Position numbers and translations under genes: made by a program. 64,000 nucleotides of DNA from the human T2T-CHM13v2.0 reference genome, Homo sapiens: the NCBI RefSeq assembly GCF_009914755.1, contig NC_060934.1. One strand, 5' to 3'. The stretch's first letter is position 1. Each line of letters starts with the position of its first letter. The notes beneath the pieces were generated by a model, which ran no database searches, was not told the DNA's origin, and worked only from the letters and a program-made list of their open reading frames with translations. Below are positions 59,031 to 64,000 of the stretch, in pieces.

Positions 59031-59357
59031 TACCAGTTTAGCTGATCTGCCAGGCAAGTCAGTCTAAAGGAAGCTGTCTCTGTAATCTACAACTCCCTCA
59101 TGGTTGAAAATACTGCAAGGAGGAACATTACAGCTATCTGTGGAAGAAGAGAAATTGTGCTTCTTTTTCACAATTCCTGATATTACTCAGGTGTCTACCA
59201 CTTCAGGTTTTAATATAATAGTTTTTTTCTCATGTAATGAAGGAAGATTCTCTTTTTAATTGTCCCTTCCTTCCAAATATGGGCCACTGTGATATCTGTT
59301 TAAAACTTTGGGGCTCTGGTTTGAAAGAAATGTTTTCTCATCTCTCTTTCTCTAGAG

Positions 59358-59912
59358 AAGCTCTGTCCAATAGAAATGCAATATGACAACAAAAGCAATT
59401 TAAAAATTCCTAGTAGCCACATTAAAAAAAAAATCAGATAAAATTATTTTTTAGAATGTGCTTATTTAACCTCATATTTCTAAAATTTTTTAATGTGTAT
59501 AAATATAAAAATTGTTGAGATATTTTGCCTTTTTCCGGTATTGCCTTTGAAATTTGGCATATCTTACACTTGCAGCACGTTTCAAATGGGATGCTAAATT
59601 TTCCTTAAGAAATAGTCCTGGCTGGGCACGGTGGCTCATGCCTGTAACCAGCACTTTGGGAGGCTGAGGAGGGCGGATCACGAGGTCAGGAGTCCAAGGT
59701 CAGCCTGGCCAAAATGACAAAACTCTGTCTCTATTAAAAATACGAAATATTAGCCAGGCATGGTAGTGCACACCGGTCATCCTAGCTACTAGGGAGGCTG
59801 AGGTATGGGAATCTCTTGAACTCAGGAGGCAGAGGTTGCAGAGAATCAAGATTGTGCCACTGCACTCCAGCCTTGACAACAGAGCGAGACTCTACCTCAA
59901 AAAAAAAAAAAA

Positions 59913-59947
<35 letters not shown>

Positions 59948-60188
59948 TAGTTAATCCTGGTTTAAACTTCCTAAAGTTTACAACTGAAAAAGTAGATTCA
60001 CATATCCATATTATTCTAAACATTTTTATTTTTTCCAACTGAATAGAGTATCAGGTTTTAAATTTAAATGTCAAGTATGAAATGAAATAACACTTAAAAA
60101 TCAGTTCCTTGGTGGGGGTTGGGGGGTACTGGTCATATTTCAAAGGCTCACATGTGGCTAGTGGCTGTCCTATATTGGACAGGGCAAG
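59358..60188. mobile_element. Charlie1b/MER33-type hAT element, interrupted by an Alu
   Basis: TIR-like ctgtccaatagaa...tattggacagggc; tagtagccacatt and catgtggctagtggct; ~500 bp without the Alu. Confidence 0.8.
59620..59949 (+). mobile_element. AluS (Sg-like) with poly-A and (AG)n tail
   Basis: gggcggatcacgaggtcaggagt; full dimer. Confidence 0.9.
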
Positions 60189-60499
60189 GCTAGACTCTCA
60201 GTGAGGGCTGCCGAAGGCATGAGATTGCAGAAGGCCTATTCCTGCTCCACCAGTAGTAGTTTATGTGTGTCCTTTGTCAATGGCATTGCCTCAGAGCAGA
60301 CAAACCCTGTCAATGTGGTGAGAAGGCCTTCCCTCTGTCAATGCACATTATTTGCCTTCTACTATTTATGGCATTGCTGGTTATCGCTCTTCTGTCTCTC
60401 AGAATGGCTCTGTTCTCCAAAGGGACCTTGCAAAGATCCAAGCTGGGTGCCACTAGCCTAAAACAGCATCTACCCAAAAACAGCATCTACCCGCTCATG

Positions 60500-61020
60500 A
60501 CTCCACTTATTCTTTCAACAAATATTTATAAAGCAAGTTTCTATGCCCAGCCCTACTAAACTTCAGCAGCTGCTTCAGCTATGAGAAAGGATGACGAGGT
60601 CACTGCCCTTATGAAATTAATGCCTAGAAGTGGTAGACAATAAATGGAAAAAGACAAATAACAAATGAATAGCAATACAATATTGGTAAAGAAAAGTACA
60701 GGTCTCCTTGAGACCATATGATCAGGAATCCTGTTGGAGGCTCAGTCAGTCTTCCTTAAGAAAATGATATTTCCACTGGGTCCTGAAGGGATTGGGCAGT
60801 GAAGAGCTGGGAGAGGGGTCTAGTCTAGGAAGACAATATAACAAATTCAAAAAAGTGGCAGAAGGTAGGGTGACTAGAGTGTGATGGGCCAAGAAAAATG
60901 GGGAGATAAGTAAAGGCCAGTTCTGAAGGGCCTTGAAGGCCTCAAGAAAGACTTTAGTCTTTGTCCTAACAGACTGGAGGTCACCAAAGGCTTTTAAGAA
61001 TAATTTGATCAGATTCAGAT
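60500..61020 (-). mobile_element. L2
   Basis: ttcaacaaatatttataaagcaagtttctatgcccagccc...cactgcccttatgaaatt. Confidence 0.65.
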
Positions 61021-61329
61021 TCCCCTTTTAGGCTTTACAAGATGGCATGTGGCTGCAGATCTTCCTTGTGATTGCCACCCTAAATTCAAACTGGCTGACA
61101 ATGACTGTGGAAGAAAAATGACACTTTCATTTCATTACCTGTTTACTGGAAACAGCCCCCAGAAATCTCTGAAAAAGAAATACAAAGGCAGTCTGATGGC
61201 ACTGAAGGAGTGACATAACAAAGGAAAACAAAACAAAAAACACAATGAACAGACAAAACCCTGCACATTCCAGCTCAAATTTAAATTGAGTCTGCCAGGG
61301 TTAAGACTCATTATTATTGTATTATCAAT

Positions 61330-62250
61330 GGTGGTACTAGTATTAATAATGATGACCATTGCTACTATTTATTGAGGGCCCATTGCTTGTTAGTTTTATA
61401 TATATACATAAATATATATTAGTTTTAATCTACAGAAAGACCTGCCTGCATAATAGATATTATTCCTATTGAAGCGGCATCATTGTCTGGGGTAAATACC
61501 CAGGGTTCGTCATCTCACGCCAAGAAGATTAAGGACACGGACACACACGAGGAGTGAGTTTAGGAACAAAGGTTTAATAGGCAAAAGAAAGAGAAAGGAG
61601 AACAGCTCTCTCCCTTGCCAGAGAGAGGTGAGCTCCTGAAAGGAAAAAGCTGGCCTGTGGGGCACTGCGCTGGATTTTATAGGCAGGCTTGAGGAAGCAG
61701 TGTCTGATTTATGTAGGGCCCACAGATTGGCTCTACCAAGTATGAGGTTTACATAGGGAGGGAAAGGCTGGTTGCCCCATTCTAATCTTATTATGCAAAT
61801 GGGGTCTTTGCCTGGCTGGTGCCATATTGTCTTCTCCTTACTGTACACATGGTTTGGCAAAGAGAAGGGAAGATGGAGCCGCCATTTTGAACATGCTTAG
61901 TCCCAGGTAGCCTTTTCCTATTGGCACTACTGCCGGCGTTCACCCGTGCAAGCTTCCAGCTTGCTTGTCTATGTCTGCAGCTCGATTTTACAGGCTGTTC
62001 TTTGTTAGAAAAGAAAATGATTTGGGGGCTGCTTTTCATTAAAAGGAAAACCTTATGGAGGACTCCCGTACCCTCACTGTCTGCCTAAGTAATTTCTTCT
62101 TAACTCCTATATCACTATTTCATTTGATATACTAGGAAAGGGAGTTACACAAATGTTAAACAACTTGTCCAGAGTTGAGTTGGTAGTTCTAGTGGAGTTA
62201 GTATTGGAACGTATGTCTGTTTGGCTTCCAAGCCCTGATGTGTCCACGTC
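61330..62250 (-). mobile_element. MIR split by a MER51 LTR
   Basis: gctactatttattgaggg...tagatattattcctat | ctatttcatttgat...gttaaacaacttgtccagagtt. Confidence 0.6.
61470..62114 (-). mobile_element. MER51 (MER51A-like) ERV1 solo LTR, full length
   Basis: TG...CA ends; exact 4-bp TSD ctat (61466-61469, 62115-62118); reverse complement begins tgatataggagttaagaagaaattacttaggcagacagtgagggtacggg. Confidence 0.85.
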
Positions 62251-62934
62251 ATCATTTTCCCTCTGACAGTTAGAGGCCAGGTGAGTTCTGACTTGAGCAT
62301 CTGAGAAACAATACGAACGTGTTCACACAGGAAAAACACGATTTACTTTTGTGGCAGAAGTCAAGGCTCGACAGCAGTGTTAGGATGTTCGATACCTACT
62401 GAGACTTTGGATAGACTCACCCTCAAATTGTTCTTTCCAACATGCATCTTTTCCAAATGTTGTGTATGTAGGTCAATTTTTCTCTTTCCCTCTTATGCTC
62501 TGTAAGTTTGGGCCTTTTCTTTTTCCCTCTTGCTTCTCTATAGGTCAAGTACTTTATCTGCTTTTGTTGACTAGAGCTGGGCTCCCTTTCTGTAGCTTGT
62601 GCAATAGCTCAGCAGTCTGTAACTGGACATGACCTCCTTCTCCTGCTAGGGTGGTACGTGTGGGCAGCTTGTGCTGATACACATTAGGCACATGTTCTGT
62701 TCTAAGGCACAACAGACACAGCTGACAGACAGCATGAAGGAATGGCCCTCAGCACAAGGAGCTGCTACGTGCATTTGGGCAACACCTTCCTGCCAAGCTT
62801 GCAGAATACTTGGGCATTTTAATCTATTAATCTCTAATACTATTCTCAGAGGAGGAAAGTGACTACCATATCCCCACAAAAGGAAACAAGCTTGATTTAA
62901 TAGTTAAGGGTGTGTATAAAAAGGCTTGTTCAAA

Positions 62935-63730
62935 CTTCATTTATCCCACAAAACATTATTGAGCATCTAATATGGTCTAGGAATGACTCTAGGTGCTAGG
63001 ATACAGCCATAAGCTAAACTGATTAAAAACAATCAAGCAAGTCAGCCATCAAACAAACAAACAGAAAAAAAAAAAACCCTTTCCAAATGGAGCTTTTATT
63101 CTAGTAGGGGAAGGCAGACAATATACCAAATAAAACATAAAATACAGAGTGTGTTTGATTTTGGTAAAAAATAAAAGAAAAATGAGAGTGAACATTTAGG
63201 GCAATCAGAGAAAGCCTCATGAAAAGGATGGCATTTGGACAGAGACCTGAAGAAAGTAAGGAGAACAATGACGGGGCAATCTGAAGAGAGAGCATTCCAG
63301 GTGGAGGAAACAGTAAGTGCAAATGTCTTGAGGCAGGAGTGTGCCTTGAGTGTTCTGTAACGGAAAAGAGACCAGTGTGGCTGGGACTATCTGTAGCAGA
63401 AGATGGGGTTGGAGAGATTATGGAGGCTTACAGGGCCTCTCAGTCACTGTTAAGACCTTTGGCTTTTCCTCTGAATGACATGAGAAGCCACTGGAGGCTT
63501 CTTAGTGGAAAGTAGCATTTTTCAGGACCAGCAGTGTGGAAAACAGACAGTGCAAGCACAAGGATGGAAGCAGGCGGGACAGTCAGGAAGCCATTGCCAT
63601 CATGCTTGTGAGTGATGGCAGAGCTTAGACAAGGTAAGAGCAGGGGAGATACTGAAGAGTGGCTGAATTCTGCATATATTTTGAGGAACAGCCAACAGGA
63701 TTTGCTGATGGATTGGATAAAGTAAGTGGA
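62935..63730 (-). mobile_element. L2
   Basis: aaacattattgagcatct; gagcattccaggtggaggaaacagtaagtgcaaa; caggatttgctgatggattggat. Confidence 0.85.
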
Positions 63731-63774
63731 TTATTTGAAGTTATTTTTTTCTCCCTACCCAAAAGTTATTGTAG

Positions 63775-64000
<226 letters not shown>

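Overview
Primate (very likely human) non-coding genomic DNA, intronic or intergenic. A large part of the window is interspersed repeats: about 15 Alu copies (J, S and Y types), many MIR and L2 relics, old L1M/L1P 3' ends, solo LTRs (MLT1 family, LTR16, LTR33, MER51) and DNA-transposon fossils (Kanga1/MER104-like, MER44A, MER58A, Tigger4a/b, MER5, MER20, MER94, MER112, Charlie1b, Charlie8), plus micro- and minisatellites. I recognise no protein-coding exon, RNA gene or CpG island, and cannot name the locus. The ORF track is explained by Alu/L1/simple-repeat sequence or by chance. I cannot support a new biological system here. The most notable observations are: a candidate 10-nt microexon behind a ~170-nt AG-free polypyrimidine tract (23802-23811); two Alus stacked at one target site (three TSD copies); a trimeric Alu inside a single TSD pair; a ~55-bp G-rich minisatellite with possible higher-order structure; an intact MER51 solo LTR with promoter motifs; and an antisense bias of LTRs hinting at + strand transcription. 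Repeat subfamily names come from recalled consensus sequences, not a database search. Boundaries of old elements are approximate.
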